This document shows, in pieces, positions 12,036 through 25,410 of a stretch of DNA of 64,000 bases (within the stretch, counting starts at the first letter, position 1; every line of letters begins with the position of its first letter). Both the position numbers and the translations under genes were made by a program. The notes under the pieces were generated by a model. The model saw only the letters and a list, made by a program, of their open reading frames with translations. It did no database searches and was not told the DNA's origin. Origin of the DNA: Nemertoderma westbladi (Eukaryota; Animalia; Xenacoelomorpha); assembly GCA_032718475.1 (NCBI GenBank), contig JAUCBJ010006610.1:64932-128931 (forward strand), read 5' to 3'.

Positions 12036-13719
12036 TGTGGGAAAATGGCGGAAGTCTGTCAATAAACAATCCTTGTATTTAATCTCTTCAATATCAACAA
12101 GATAAATCACCAAAACCCTGAAACCTCTAATTCCGACTACCGGTACACCAGTACCCAGGTCCACTATCCCTCCAATCCCTCACTCTCCACCAGGCCTACC
12201 TCCCCTCTCCCCGACCCTCCTCCTCAGGGGCGAGCCATCCATTCCACCACACAATTCCACCATACAACATAGAACACCACAATAACATAGAACACCACAA
12301 CCCTCCCTGGAATTGTGTTTGGCTACAAGAAATACATCCACAACTCATTTACGTGAATCCATAATAACTGGGTGGTTTTATAACACGTCCACTCTTTGTT
12401 ACCACTTGTGAATCATTATCACTACTCGAGGACTCATTCGCGACATCTGTTGTAACAGTAGATACTTCAGGCTGAGTGCAAGATATCTGACTGTTACTTA
12501 TGTTTGGTAAAACTAAGTCACCTAATTCTAACTCTCCATTCAAAGTGACTGCCTCGACGACCCTAGTTCCCGCTGGTGGATCACTACCACGAGTACTACC
12601 GTGATGCAACACATTACCACTTCCTACTGCCTCTTTGATGGCGTCGACATTCACCACCTTTGCTCTACGATTAGGTGAATCATGTGAAATCTCATAATTC
12701 GACGGCCCCAGCACAGCACTAACTCTCCACCCCTCCATCCATGGTGTATCCTTCTTACCAAGCCTCATACCCTTATGCCAATATACACGAGTACCGACTT
12801 CAAACTGTCGTACATTTTCGTTGTTAGGCACGTAATCAAGTTTCGACAGTTTTTGCTCTACATAATCAGTTATCTTTGCACCCTCAACTAACTGACGACC
12901 AATCCAAGTGTTACAACTGTAACCATTCATAGAACCGCAATTTACCTGTTGACCCTCCCAGCCACAAAACGCTCTCATTGGGGAAATACCCGTGGTGGTG
13001 GTTGGACGGTTCCTGTAAGCATGAAGGGCCCACTTAATCTTTGTTTCCAAAGAATCGTCAGATTCATCACTGATAATTTTACGTAATATTGTCAAAATGG
13101 TTCCATGACAACGTTCTACAGCCCCTTGACTTCGGGGATTACCTACTGCGCCATGTCTTGCTTTAACTTTAAAAACTTTCCAGATACTCTCAATAATTCC
13201 ATTGACAAACTCACTCCCTTTATCACTCCTTACGACTTCAGGCGGTCCCCATAAAAGGCATTTGTCTAAAAACACATCAGCAACATCACCAGCTTTCATT
13301 GATTTCAGCATCTCTACTTCTATCCACTTAGTCAAAAAATCGACCATTACTAAAATATTCCGATTATCAGCTTTGAGAGTGTCTACGTAAACAACTTGCC
13401 AGGGCTTATCTGCAATGACTGTACGGTCTGAATCTGACATTTCGCGGTGATAGCTTGTGGGAGAATGGCGGAAGTCTGTCAATAAACAATCCTTGTATTT
13501 AATCTCTTCAATATCAACAAGATAAATCACCAAAACCCTGAAACCTCTAATTCCGACTACCGGTACACCAGTACCCAGATCCACTATCCCTCCAATCCCT
13601 CACTCTCCATCAGGCCTACCTCCCCTCTCCCCGACCCTCCTCCTCAGGGGCGAGCCATCCATTCCACCACACAATTCCACCATACAACATAGAACACCAC
13701 AATAACATAGAACACCACA
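12036..13719 (-). mobile_element. Internally deleted Gypsy-type LTR element retaining only integrase
   Basis: 264-bp TG...CA LTRs at 12036-12299 and 13456-13719 (3 mismatches seen); 4-bp duplication CCCA; purine tract AGGGAGGG before the 3' LTR. Confidence 0.9.
12349..13440 (-). CDS. Retroviral-type integrase core and C-terminus
   Basis: PWQVVYVD, VDFLTKW, VRSDKGSEF, PRSQGAVER: D-D-35-E triad intact; C-terminal VTKSGRVIKPP motif typical of Gypsy integrases. Confidence 0.85.
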   Translation of the reverse strand: MSDSDRTVIADKPWQVVYVDTLKADNRNILVMVDFLTKWIEVEMLKSMKAGDVADVFLDKCLLWGPPEVVRSDKGSEFVNGIIESIWKVFKVKARHGAVGNPRSQGAVERCHGTILTILRKIISDESDDSLETKIKWALHAYRNRPTTTTGISPMRAFCGWEGQQVNCGSMNGYSCNTWIGRQLVEGAKITDYVEQKLSKLDYVPNNENVRQFEVGTRVYWHKGMRLGKKDTPWMEGWRVSAVLGPSNYEISHDSPNRRAKVVNVDAIKEAVGSGNVLHHGSTRGSDPPAGTRVVEAVTLNGELELGDLVLPNISNSQISCTQPEVSTVTTDVANESSSSDNDSQVVTKSGRVIKPPSYYGFT

Positions 13720-13754
13720 CCCATGAGGATGTAAGATGAGATGAGATATCATGT

Positions 13755-13895
13755 GTATTTCCAGGTCTACCTTTTACCTGATAGAAAGGTTAGAGTGTCA
13801 GTCTTCTAACCCGGAGATTAGCAGTTCGATCCCACCTGGGCGTCATTGTCAAATTTGTTGCTAAGCTATGCCCAACGAAAAAAAAATTATAATAT
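13755..13895 (+). mobile_element. tRNA-derived SINE-like repeat, inverted relative to 11570-11703
   Basis: B box GTTCGATCCC and shared flanks CCAGGTC..CTTTTACCTGA and CCCAACGAAAA. Confidence 0.6.
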
Positions 13896-14250
13896 TAACA
13901 CTAAAGGGCAATTGTGATAAATGTGTGTATGTGGGGGGGGGGGGGGGGGGGGGGGATGTATGTTTTTAGTTAGTGATTTGGTGTACCGGTACATGATGTG
14001 AATATAATATAGTGTGTCAGTTCCTATGAACAGACACACAACCTACAGATTGCTTTAGATTTTTCCATAGGGAGAGGGTATCTATCCTTAATCCTTTACA
14101 TTATAGAGTCATGATAAATATATAATAATAAATTCATAATGATTTTGCTGATAATATAGATCAGAGATCCGACAACATATAGAATACAGTGAAAATTTGC
14201 ACCTCGTACTGTATAATTCTGTGAATACATCGACCTGCTACCCAGTGTGG

Positions 14251-15327
14251 TTACAAAAGATGTTTAGAAAGGTCGCCCATAACGGGTGTCCCATGGTTGT
14301 ATCCGAGTTGGACTAAATCCACGAAGTCGCTACATTCCGAGTATAGTTTATCAGAAGCGGCAATACTCATGATGGACTTCCACTTAGTGGCCACATCATT
14401 CCCTACCATCGACGTCGCCCAACTTGGAGACTTTTGTACCCTTTTTGTCTTGCCTTTTGGTTCCTTACAGAGGGAATCTTCAGCAATGTACCCAGAGACC
14501 ACCATATCTTCGGATATCCCTGTGAATCGATTAATGACGGTGTAGGTGTCTCTCGGGCGCAAACAAAACTCCTCCAAACGTACAAACTCGACATTGCCTG
14601 CGAGACTGGTATCTCCCTTAAACTCTTCAACCATTCCACCCAACCACTCGCAATAAGACAATGTAACTTCGATGACGGATTCGAGACCGGCTATATCTAC
14701 CAGACCTATCTGGTATCCTGGTTCATTGAAACTATCCTCCACATTGGACACGGCATAAGCACGAGGGTCCCTCACAACAACAATCACTTTGAAATTATCC
14801 TCTTGAATGAGTGGAACAACATCTTTCAGTGACAGTAGCGCAGTTGTCATGGTTACAATGATATCGTGTTGTTTACAAACTCTGTTCGATTCCTCATCAT
14901 ATCCTTCTAGTATACAGTTGCATTGCTGGACTTCTGTGTCATTCGAATTATGACCGCATACATTATTGTCCACCAGTCGTTGTGTAAGACAACCGTTCCC
15001 TATAGGGTTGCCCACTCCTTGGCTTGGCCAATCGCAATTGTGTATGGATCGTATAGTCTCTACCCGTGATTGGCTATCATAAGATGGATAAACAGGATTT
15101 TCAATATAGAAGACATCTGGGTGCTGATTGAATACTTGAGAAAATCTTGAAGCTTCCCCCAGGTGACGGGAAAGGATGAGCACATTAGTATTACCAGGAG
15201 GTGATTGTAAGAATATCCATTTAATTTTTGGTATGTTTGAGATATGACCCTGTTTGTATATGTATCCCAAAGATATTATTAAACAAACACTAATTAACAA
15301 CAGATAATATTTATTTAAACACGCCAT
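14251..15327 (-). CDS. Intronless Golgi carbohydrate sulfotransferase-like protein (Gal/GlcNAc-6-O-sulfotransferase, CHST1/3/4-like family)
   Basis: 358 aa; N-terminal type II membrane anchor; VLILS...QVFNQHPDVFYIENP and KVIVVVRDPRAYAVS (3'-PB motif), VRLEEF, final LGY. Confidence 0.8.
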   Translation of the reverse strand: MACLNKYYLLLISVCLIISLGYIYKQGHISNIPKIKWIFLQSPPGNTNVLILSRHLGEASRFSQVFNQHPDVFYIENPVYPSYDSQSRVETIRSIHNCDWPSQGVGNPIGNGCLTQRLVDNNVCGHNSNDTEVQQCNCILEGYDEESNRVCKQHDIIVTMTTALLSLKDVVPLIQEDNFKVIVVVRDPRAYAVSNVEDSFNEPGYQIGLVDIAGLESVIEVTLSYCEWLGGMVEEFKGDTSLAGNVEFVRLEEFCLRPRDTYTVINRFTGISEDMVVSGYIAEDSLCKEPKGKTKRVQKSPSWATSMVGNDVATKWKSIMSIAASDKLYSECSDFVDLVQLGYNHGTPVMGDLSKHLL

Positions 15328-17775
15328 GGATGCTTATTGATAACTTTCTGCTAATCCGTATCTCATATCACTTAATGCATATAAAAATTAATTTCAATAC
15401 CTCCACCTTCAAAATAGGCCTACTGTTTAAGTGTACATAGCTGAAATTCTATCTGACTAATAGGTAAGTTATTCATTAATGTATGGAATAATTGACAACG
15501 GCAAGGCACTTACAGAAGCCAAACATGACGTGTGTTGCATAGGTTAAGGAAAACAAGATCAGCTAAAGATGTGGTCGAAGCTGCATCACTGCCTTGACTC
15601 GATAAAACTCGACCAATGAGTCATATCTACTCTAAGTAAATTATTCCGTGAACTTGAAACAAGAAACACCGGAAGTAACCGGAAGACTCCTCTCTCTCTT
15701 GCTTGGCTGTTGTTATCTGTAAGGCAGCGGAGGGCGCCACACTAACTCACTAACACACTAACTGTAGTAGGTTAGTTATGTAGACTTCTACTACCGAGGC
15801 CCTTGGATTTGCAGATATGATTAAGACCTCGAAATGCAAGAGGAGGATATATTCTCTGCTTTAAATAAACAATGGTAGTGAGGTCTTATTGTTGTTAAAG
15901 CCCAACACCACTCTGCAGACATGACGGTAACTAATGATCGTTGAACTAATCGGCCTGTTCGTGATGTTGTTCTGTGGCAGACGGGTGGCGTGAGAAACGT
16001 GGCGGTCTGCCATTGACATTGCTTACAGTGGTTTTGTAGTTTTGTTAAAACAGATGAATTTGGTTTCTATATTAAACCGCCTCTGGAATATATTTATGAT
16101 TTGTAAATCTAATGTAACTATAGTATATTACATATTATATAATACTTAATATATAATACTTAATATAATAATATATAATAATATTTTATATTTTATGAGA
16201 ATGTTTTCTTGAAAATTTATGCTGCACGTTTTTCACCCAAGGTTTTTATATTATTTTTAAAGTATTATTTTAAAAATTTTATTTTTATTATTATTAAATT
16301 ATCATTTAATTTCAATTAAATTAAACTTTGGAGTTAAAAATTAGTAAATATATATAGCATGGGGTACTGTATACTAACTTGTAACAGGTTTGTATTATAT
16401 TACATTATTATACTGCCATGTTTGGTAAGAATCGAATTTAATTTGATGGAAAGCTTACATTAGTGCAATTGCTGCATAACATTAATGACATGCATCCAAG
16501 GCGCAAAATAACTTCTCTAATAGGGATAATCATGTGATAGCCTAGTTACTATACTAATTACCATATTATTTAGCACATGTTTATTCAACTGGCAGCAGTA
16601 AACGGTTCTGATAAAAAAAATAATGACGTGTGGCGCTAACAAACCAAAACCTTCAATTCCGCCTTTCTCAATAATTTCATTTTGTGGTCAAATAATATGT
16701 GTGAAATTATAAATATAAAAATTCAAACATATAAAAATGTAATGTTTTATTATGAGTGGAAGTGTTTGTGAGTAACTGCGGGTATGCAAAAGTGAAAATT
16801 AATAAAAGTCTTTAGATTCCTTGAAGATTGAACTCAAGATCACCTCAACAGTTCAAATACGAAACACACAGGAGGCAACCCAAAGATTCTTCTCTATCTC
16901 GGCTGTTACCTATAAGGCAAGGATGGCGCCACACTAACTATCCAACCCTTTTCATTATTCCCCCAGCACAAACCAGTTTCCCATTGCACCCGCCCTCCCT
17001 CCTGGCCTGTGTGTCTTTCCAACAGTTTGCCCCTAAAGTATTTTTCTTGCTTAGGCTGTCACATTGCGAAATTTCTACATCGTTTACTCAGAATTTGAAA
17101 CAACGCCGCCTTACATATAATATATATAGTGAAAGCAGTTCATGAGCTGCATCCCCCCGACACTGTTAAAGCTATAAGCTTTAAATTAAGCTATAACCTT
17201 TATTACGAGAACTGTATATCGATATCCGGACGTTTTTCTATAGATTAATAACTTTATTATTTACGTACCAATGAGCGAAGAATGTACGTTTAAAACAATT
17301 AATTAATAATATGACGTCAGAAAAGTCGAATTCATTTCGCTGCTGATCCACTGTTTCTGCTACCGGGAATGTATCGATACTCCATAATAATTATGTATAA
17401 CGATGTTCGGAGACAACGGTAATGAAGTTAGTGGGGCTAATTTGTTGCCACAGACGACACACACGCAAACATACCATATACCTTCTTCTCTGAACTGAAG
17501 TGGAATCGGTTATGATGAATATTATATCACGAATTAATTCGTTGATTCGTCATCAATAGTTTAATAATTAATCCTATAAGCTTGAAGTAGTCGAATTTTG
17601 AATATGCGTGATTTTAATTTCGATAGCTTTGGATAAGTTTACAAAAAATACATGAATCATATGCCGAAGAGTGTTACTCAGAATTCGGCAAAAACCCACG
17701 TTCTTAATGGACAATGGACATTCTTAAAACCTATTTCGCTAAGAATTTCAGTTCAGTAAATATTTTATTTTTCAG

Positions 17776-17830
17776 GGTCCTGTGGGTCTAAAAGGTGAAC
17801 GAGGTATGCTTGGTGCTAAAGGACTAAGAG
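17776..17830 (+). CDS. Collagen exon (GPVGLKGERGMLGAKGLR-G)
   Basis: TTTTCAG acceptor, GTTTGT donor; phase 0 to phase 1, compatible with both neighbours. Confidence 0.85.
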
Positions 17831-17947
17831 GTTTGTTACCTTATAATTGGCAGTTGTTGTTGGTTTAATATCTCTAATCTTATGTCGATGATTTTCAGAA
17901 AGTGGAATGTGATTTTTACTTTAAAAGCGCGAAATCGCTAAAATTAA

Positions 17948-18019
17948 CCGGAAAGTGGGATTGAACTCGGTACCTAGAGATTCCAAGTCCAACGCTCTTC
18001 CAATTTCACCACTGCGCCG
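17948..18019 (-). pseudogene. tRNA-like pseudogene or SINE head
   Basis: Minus strand GGCGCAGTGGTGAAATTGG...GAGTTCAATCCC with A/B boxes but poorly paired stems. Confidence 0.5.
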
Positions 18020-18696
18020 TAGCCTAATAAAAAGCTAACTGGAAATTAACAACAACACAAACAACAACAACAACACCAACAATAACAATAACAACAACGG
18101 ATGGTGTTGTTTTTACAATTTTTTTTAAATTAACCACTTTTAAGTCGTATGCGGTATTTCTCATCCAAATTTATTAATTACAGAAACAATCAATAAAAAG
18201 TTACTTAATTCTGCGGTTGTCGGATTAACTTTTGAAACCATAATCTCTTAACCTCACGCGTTTAGCTAAGAATGGTAGATTTTTGAAATTGACGCTTTTT
18301 GAGAAATTGACGTCGAAATTTTATTGTTTACGTATCCTTTGCGCGAGATTATGTTTTTGAAAATTTCCATAAACCCTTTGAACTTCATTGTTATTGTAGT
18401 TGTTCGACAAACCTTTCCAGTTTACAAAGTCTAACACATGTTACAATAAGATATGTCCCTTCAAACTTTCCAGTTTAAATCTTTTCATTGGCAATATTTG
18501 ACACACTGAAAATTTTCATAAAAAAGTCGATTGAATTTACCGAATTCCAATGCCCCCCCTAATTATAAAATTTATAAAGAAATAAAGTTGCCGGTAATCT
18601 TACAATATGACCTTGTAGCATCACCTTCATTCTGTTAGTGGTTTATTTTTCAACACCATCTACTTACGATCATATAACCTCCGATTGTTATTGCAG

Positions 18697-18788
18697 GGCT
18701 TGTTGGACTCAGAGGGGAGAAAGGGGATAAATACCCGGATGATAAGTTGGTTACAATAAGGGGCGAAAAAGGTGACAGAGGATCAACG
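18697..18788 (+). CDS. Collagen exon with Gly-X-Y interruption (GLVGLRGEKGDKYPDDKLVTIRGEKGDRGST)
   Basis: TTGCAG acceptor, GTTAGC donor; phase 1 to phase 0. Confidence 0.82.
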
Positions 18789-18867
18789 GTTAGCTGTAAA
18801 TATATTAATATCAATAAAACAGATGAGAATAATTACAAATATTTTTGGGGTTTTTATATAATAACGA

Positions 18868-19500
18868 ACCTGTCTTCACACCATAAGGCCGCCAAAGCAC
18901 AAGATTATGTACAGGCTGGACCTCGCGGGGAAAGCAATGTCCTGCAAAGCGGAGGCGGTCCCGTTAACCTATCAAGCTCGGGAAAACTAATGAAACACCT
19001 CCAATATTGTATAGAGTCTGATTGGATAGGTGTTCATTGTACTTGACGCAATGAACCCGGCGAGGAGTACTGGAACTACTGCTTCTCTAAATAATCGGAC
19101 CTTGAGGTTCGTTCCATTTTATTCTATGGGATTTCCAAATCCCAGGACAAACTATTTAACGCTGCCCATGCTTTCCCCTTACCTATCCTAAGTAGCATCA
19201 TGATCCCAAGTAGCAGAAGTCGTCCACGTGCGCAAACAAGCCGTCCTTAGAGCTTATGCCCTTACGATCAGACATTTTTTGAGGGCTGTCGAGGTTCATT
19301 GTCATAATTTTTTAGGAGTTTACAAAAATACCAACACTAGAAGCAACCTGGTCCAATGAGCAGAGGAGCTCTTGGGCTCCTCTGATTCTGACAGTACCCC
19401 TAAGACATCTGCACTGTCTAAATCAGTAAGGTACTTTGCTGGATTTCTTCTACTGTACTTCTTGTACCAGTAGGGAGTGTTACCATCACCCATAACATTT
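18868..19500 (-). mobile_element. Decayed RTE-clade LINE fragment
   Basis: Minus strand reads GKGKAWAALN and other blocks homologous to 28277-28550 and 47478-47977. Confidence 0.75.
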
Positions 19501-19524
19501 CACTAATTGCACTAATTGCACTAA

Positions 19525-22500
19525 TTGTGCCGCATCTCCCTACCTGAGGGAGTTTTTAAAATACTTCGGTTGTACAATTACTTTGTTTGAGACCGCAAAC
19601 AAGCAACCTGTGCATGTATGTTAATTGAGACTAAAAACAAGCAACATGTGTACATTAATTGAAACCACAAACAAGCAATTTGTGTACATTAATGGAGACC
19701 ACAAACAAGCAACATGTGTACATTAATTGAAACCACAAACAAGCAATTTATGTACATTAATTGAGACCACAAACACGCAATGTGTAAGACCACACACAAG
19801 CAGCGTGTGTACTTTAATTGAGACCACACACAAGCAATGTGTAAGAACACACACAGGCAACGTGTGTACTTTAATTGAGACCACACACAAGCAATGTGTA
19901 AGAACACACACAAGCAACATGTGTATGGTAATTGAAACCATAAACAAGCAACATGTGTACGGTAATTGAAACCATAAACAAGCAACATGTGTACGTTAAT
20001 TGAGACCACACACAAGCAATGTGTAATAACACACACAGGCAACGTGTGTACTTTAATTGAGACCACACACAAGCAATGTGTAAGAACACACACAAGCAAC
20101 ATGTGTATGGTAATTGAAACCATAAACAAGCAACATGTGTACGGTAATTGAAACCATAAACAAGCAACATGTGTACGTTAATTGAGACCACACACAAGCA
20201 ATGTGTAATAACACACACAGGCAACGTGTGTACTTTAATTGAGACCACACACAAGCAATGTGTAAGAACACACACAAGCAACATGTGTACGGTAATGGAA
20301 ACCATAAACAAGCAACATGTGTACGGTAATTGAAACCATAAACAAGCAACATGTGTACGTTAATTGAGACCACACACAAGCAATGTGTAAGAACACACAC
20401 AAGCAACATGTGTACTGTAATTGAAACCATAAACAAGCAACATGTGTACGTTAATTGAGACCACACACAAGCAATGTGTAATAACACACACAGGCAACGT
20501 GTGTACTTTAATTGAGACCACACACAAGCAATGTGTAAGAACACACACAAGCAACATGTGTATGGTAATTGAAACCATAAACAAGCAACATGTGTACGGT
20601 AATTGAAACCATAAACAAGCAACATGTGTACGTTAATTGAGACCACACACAAGCAATGTGTAAGAACACACACAAGCAACATGTGTATGGTAATTGAAAC
20701 CATAAACAAGCAACATGTGTACGTTAATTGAGACCACACACAAGCAATGTGTAAGAACACACACAAGCAACATGTGTACGGTAATGGAAACCATAAACAA
20801 GCAACATGTGTACGGTAATTGAAACCATAAACAAGCAACATGTGTACGTTAATTGAGACCACACACAAGCAATGTGTAAGAACACACACAAGCAACATGT
20901 GTACGGTAATGGAAACCATAAACAAGCAACATGTGTACGGTAATTGAAACCATAAACAAGCAACATGTGTACGTTAATTGAGACCACACACAAGCAATGT
21001 GTAAGAACACACACAAGCAACATGTGTATGGTAATTGAAACCATAAACAAGCAACATGTGTACGTTAATTGAGACCACACACAAGCAATGTGTAAGAACA
21101 CACACAAGCAACATGTGTACGGTAATGGAAACCATAAACAAGCAACATGTGTACGGTAATTGAAACCATAAACAAGCAACATGTGTACGTTAATTGAGAC
21201 CACACACAAGCAATGTGTAAGAACACACACAAGCAACATGTGTACTGTAATTGAAACCATAAACAAGCAACATGTGTACGTTAATTGAGACCACAAACAA
21301 GCAATGTGTAAGACCACACACAAGCAATTTGTAAGACCACACACAAGCAGCGTGTGTACTTTAATTGAGACCACACACAAGCAATGTGTAAGACCACACA
21401 CAAGCAATGTGTAAGACCACACACAGGCAACGTGTGTACTTTAATTGAGACCACAAACAAGCAATGTGTAAGACCACACACAAGCAATTTGTAAGACCAC
21501 ACACAAGCAGCGTGTGTACTTTAATTGAGACCACACACAAGCAATGTGTAAGAACACACACAAGCAACATGTGTATGGTAATTGAAACCATAAACAAGCA
21601 ACATGTGTACGGTAATTGAAACCATAAACAAGCAACATGTGTACGTTAATTGAGACCACACACAAGCAATGTGTAATAACACACACAGGCAACGTGTGTA
21701 CTTTAATTGAGACCACACACAAGCAATGTGTAAGAACACACACAAGCAACATGTGTATGGTAATTGAAACCATAAACAAGCAACATGTGTACGGTAATTG
21801 AAACCATAAACAAGCAACATGTGTACGTTAATTGAGACCACACACAAGCAATGTGTAATAACACACACAGGCAACGTGTGTACTTTAATTGAGACCACAC
21901 ACAAGCAATGTGTAAGAACACACACAAGCAACATGTGTATGGTAATTGAAACCATAAACAAGCAACATGTGTACGGTAATTGAAACCATAAACAAGCAAC
22001 ATGTGTACGTTAATTGAGACCACACACAAGCAATGTGTAAGAACACACACAAGCAACATGTGTACGGTAATTGAAACCATAAACAAGCAACATGTGTACG
22101 GTAATTGAGACCATAAACAAGCAACATGTGTACGTTAATTGAGACCACACACAAGCAATGTGTAAGAACACACACAAGCAACATGTGTACGGTAATGGAA
22201 ACCATAAACAAGCAACATGTGTACGTTAATTGAGACCACACACAAGCAATGTGTAAGAACACACACAAGCAACATGTGTACGGTAATTGAAACCATAAAC
22301 AAGCAACATGTGTACGGTAATTGAGACCATAAACAAGCAACATGTGTACTGTATTTGAGACCACACACAGGCAATGTGTGTACGTTAATTGAGACCACAA
22401 ATCAGCAAAAATGTGTTCATTAATTGAGACCAAAAAGAAGCAGCGTGTGTACTTTAATTGAGACGACACACAAGCAATGTGTAACACCACAAACAAGCAA

Positions 22501-25410
22501 CTTGTGTACGGTAATTGAAACCATAAACAAGCAACATGTGTACGTTAATTGAGACAACAAACAAGCAATGTGTGTACGTTAATTGAGACAACAAACAAGC
22601 AATGTGTAACACCACAAACAAGCAACTTGTGTACGGTAATTGAAACCATAAACAAGCAACATGTGTACGTTAATTGAGACAACAAACAAGCAATGTGTAA
22701 CACCACAAACAAGCAACTTGTGTACGGTAATTGAAACCATAAACAAGCAACATGTGTACGGTAATTGAGACCACAAACAAGCAATGTGTAAGAACACAAA
22801 CAAGCAATGTGTAAGACCACAAACAAGCAACTTGTGTACGGTAATTGAAACCATAAACAAGCAACATGTGTACGTTAATTGAGACCATAAACAAGCAACA
22901 TGTGTACGTTAATTGAGACCACACACAAGCAATGTGTAATAACACACACAGGCAACGTGTGTACTTTAATTGAGACCACACACAAGCAATGTGTAAGAAC
23001 ACACACAAGCAATGTGTAAGACCACAATCAGGCAACGTGTGTATGGTAATTGAAACCATAAACAAGCAACATGTGTACGTTAATTGAGACAACAAACAAG
23101 CAATGTGTAACACCACAAACAAGCAACTTGTGTACGGTAATTGAAACCATAAACAAGCAACATGTGTACGGTAATTGAGACCACAAACAAGCAACATGTG
23201 TACGTTAATTGAGACAACAAACAAGCAATGTGTAACACCACAAACAAGCAACTTGTGTACGGTAATTGAAACCATAAACAAGCAACATGTGTACGGTAAT
23301 TGAGACAACAAACAAGCAATGTGTAACACCACAAACAAGCAACTTGTGTACGGTAATTGAAACCATAAACAAGCAACATGTGTACGTTAATTGAGACAAC
23401 AAACAAGCAATGTGTAACACCACAAACAAGCAACTTGTGTACGGTAATTGAAACCATAAACAAGCAACATGTGTACGGTAATTGAGACCACAAACAAGCA
23501 ATGTGTAACACCACAAACAAGCAATGTGTAACACCACAAACAAGCAATGTGTAACACCACAAACAAGCAATGTGTAAGACCACAATCAGGCAACGTGTGT
23601 ATGGTAATTGAAACCATAAACAAGCAACATGTGTACGTTAATTGAGACCACACACAAGCAATGTGTAAGAACACACACAAGCAGCATGTGTACGGTAATT
23701 GAAACCATAAACAAGCAACATGTGTACGGTAATTGAGACCACAAACAAGCAACATGTGTAAGACCACAAACAAGCAATGTGTAAGACCACAATCAGGCAA
23801 CGTGTGTATGGTAATTGAAACCATAAACAAGCAACATGTGTACGTTAATTGAGACCACACACAAGCAATGTGTAAGAACACACACAAGCAACATGTGTAC
23901 GGTAATTGAAACCATAAACAAGCAACATGTGTACGTTAATTGAGACAACAAACAAGCAATGTGTAACACCACAAACAAGCAACTTGTGTACGGTAATTGA
24001 AACCATAAACAAGCAACATGTGTACGGTAATTGAGACAACAAACAAGCAATGTGTAACACCACAAACAAGCAACTTGTGTACGGTAATTGAAACCATAAA
24101 CAAGCAACATGTGTACGGTAATTGAGACAACAAACAAGCAATGTGTAACACCACAAACAAGCAACTTGTGTACGGTAATTGAAACCATAAACAAGCAACA
24201 TGTGTACGGTAATTGAGACAACAAACAAGCAATGTGTAACACCACAAACAAGCAACTTGTGTACGGTAATTGAAACCATAAACAAGCAACATGTGTACGT
24301 TAATTGAGACAACAAACAAGCAATGTGTAACACCACAAACAAGCAACTTGTGTACGGTAATTGAAACCATAAACAAGCAACATGTGTACGGTAATTGAGA
24401 CCACAAACAAGCAATGTGTAACACCACAAACAAGCAATGTGTAACACCACAAACAAGCAATGTGTAACACCACAAACAAGCAATGTGTAAGACCACAATC
24501 AGGCAACGTGTGTATGGTAATTGAAACCATAAACAAGCAACATGTGTACGTTAATTGAGACAACAAACAAGCAATGTGTAACACCACAAACAAGCAACAT
24601 GTGTACGGTAATTGAGACCACAAACAAGCAATGTGTAACACCACAAACAAGCAATGTGTAACACCACAAACAAGCAATGTGTAACACCACAAACAAGCAA
24701 TGTGTAAGACCACAATCAGGCAACGTGTGTATGGTAATTGAAACCATAAACAAGCAACATGTGTACGTTAATTGAGACAACAAACAAGTAATGTGTAAGA
24801 CCACAAACATGTATTGTGTGTACGTTAATAGGGACCATAAACAAGCAACATGTGTACGGTAATTGAGACAACAAACAAGCAATGTGTAACACCACAAACA
24901 AGCAACTTGTGTACGGTAATTGAAACCATAAACAAGCAACATGTGTACGGTAATTGAGACAACAAACAAGCAATGTGTAACACCACAAACAAGCAACTTG
25001 TGTACGGTAATTGAAACCATAAACAAGCAACATGTGTACGTTAATTGAGACAACAAACAAGCAATGTGTAACACCACAAACAAGCAACTTGTGTACGGTA
25101 ATTGAAACCATAAACAAGCAACATGTGTACGGTAATTGAGACCACAAACAAGCAATGTGTAACACCACAAACAAGCAATGTGTAACACCACAAACAAGCA
25201 ATGTGTAACACCACAAACAAGCAATGTGTAAGACCACAATCAGGCAACGTGTGTATGGTAATTGAAACCATAAACAAGCAACATGTGTACGGTAATTGAA
25301 ACCATAAACAAGCAACATGTGTACGTTAATTGAGACAACAAACAAGTAATGTGTAAGACCACAAACATGTATTGTGTGTACGTTAATAGGGACCAAAAAC
25401 AAGCGTGCTT
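19525..25410. repeat. ~5.9-kb complex satellite built from related 34-bp and 23-bp modules
   Basis: Recurring GTGTACGGTAATTGAAACCATAAACAAGCAACAT and GTGTAAGACCACACACAAGCAAT variants in higher-order blocks; lies in a collagen intron. Confidence 0.95.

Noticed and set aside
17948-18019. Functional tRNA gene
   Set aside because: Acceptor and anticodon stems do not pair well; treated as a pseudogene or SINE head.
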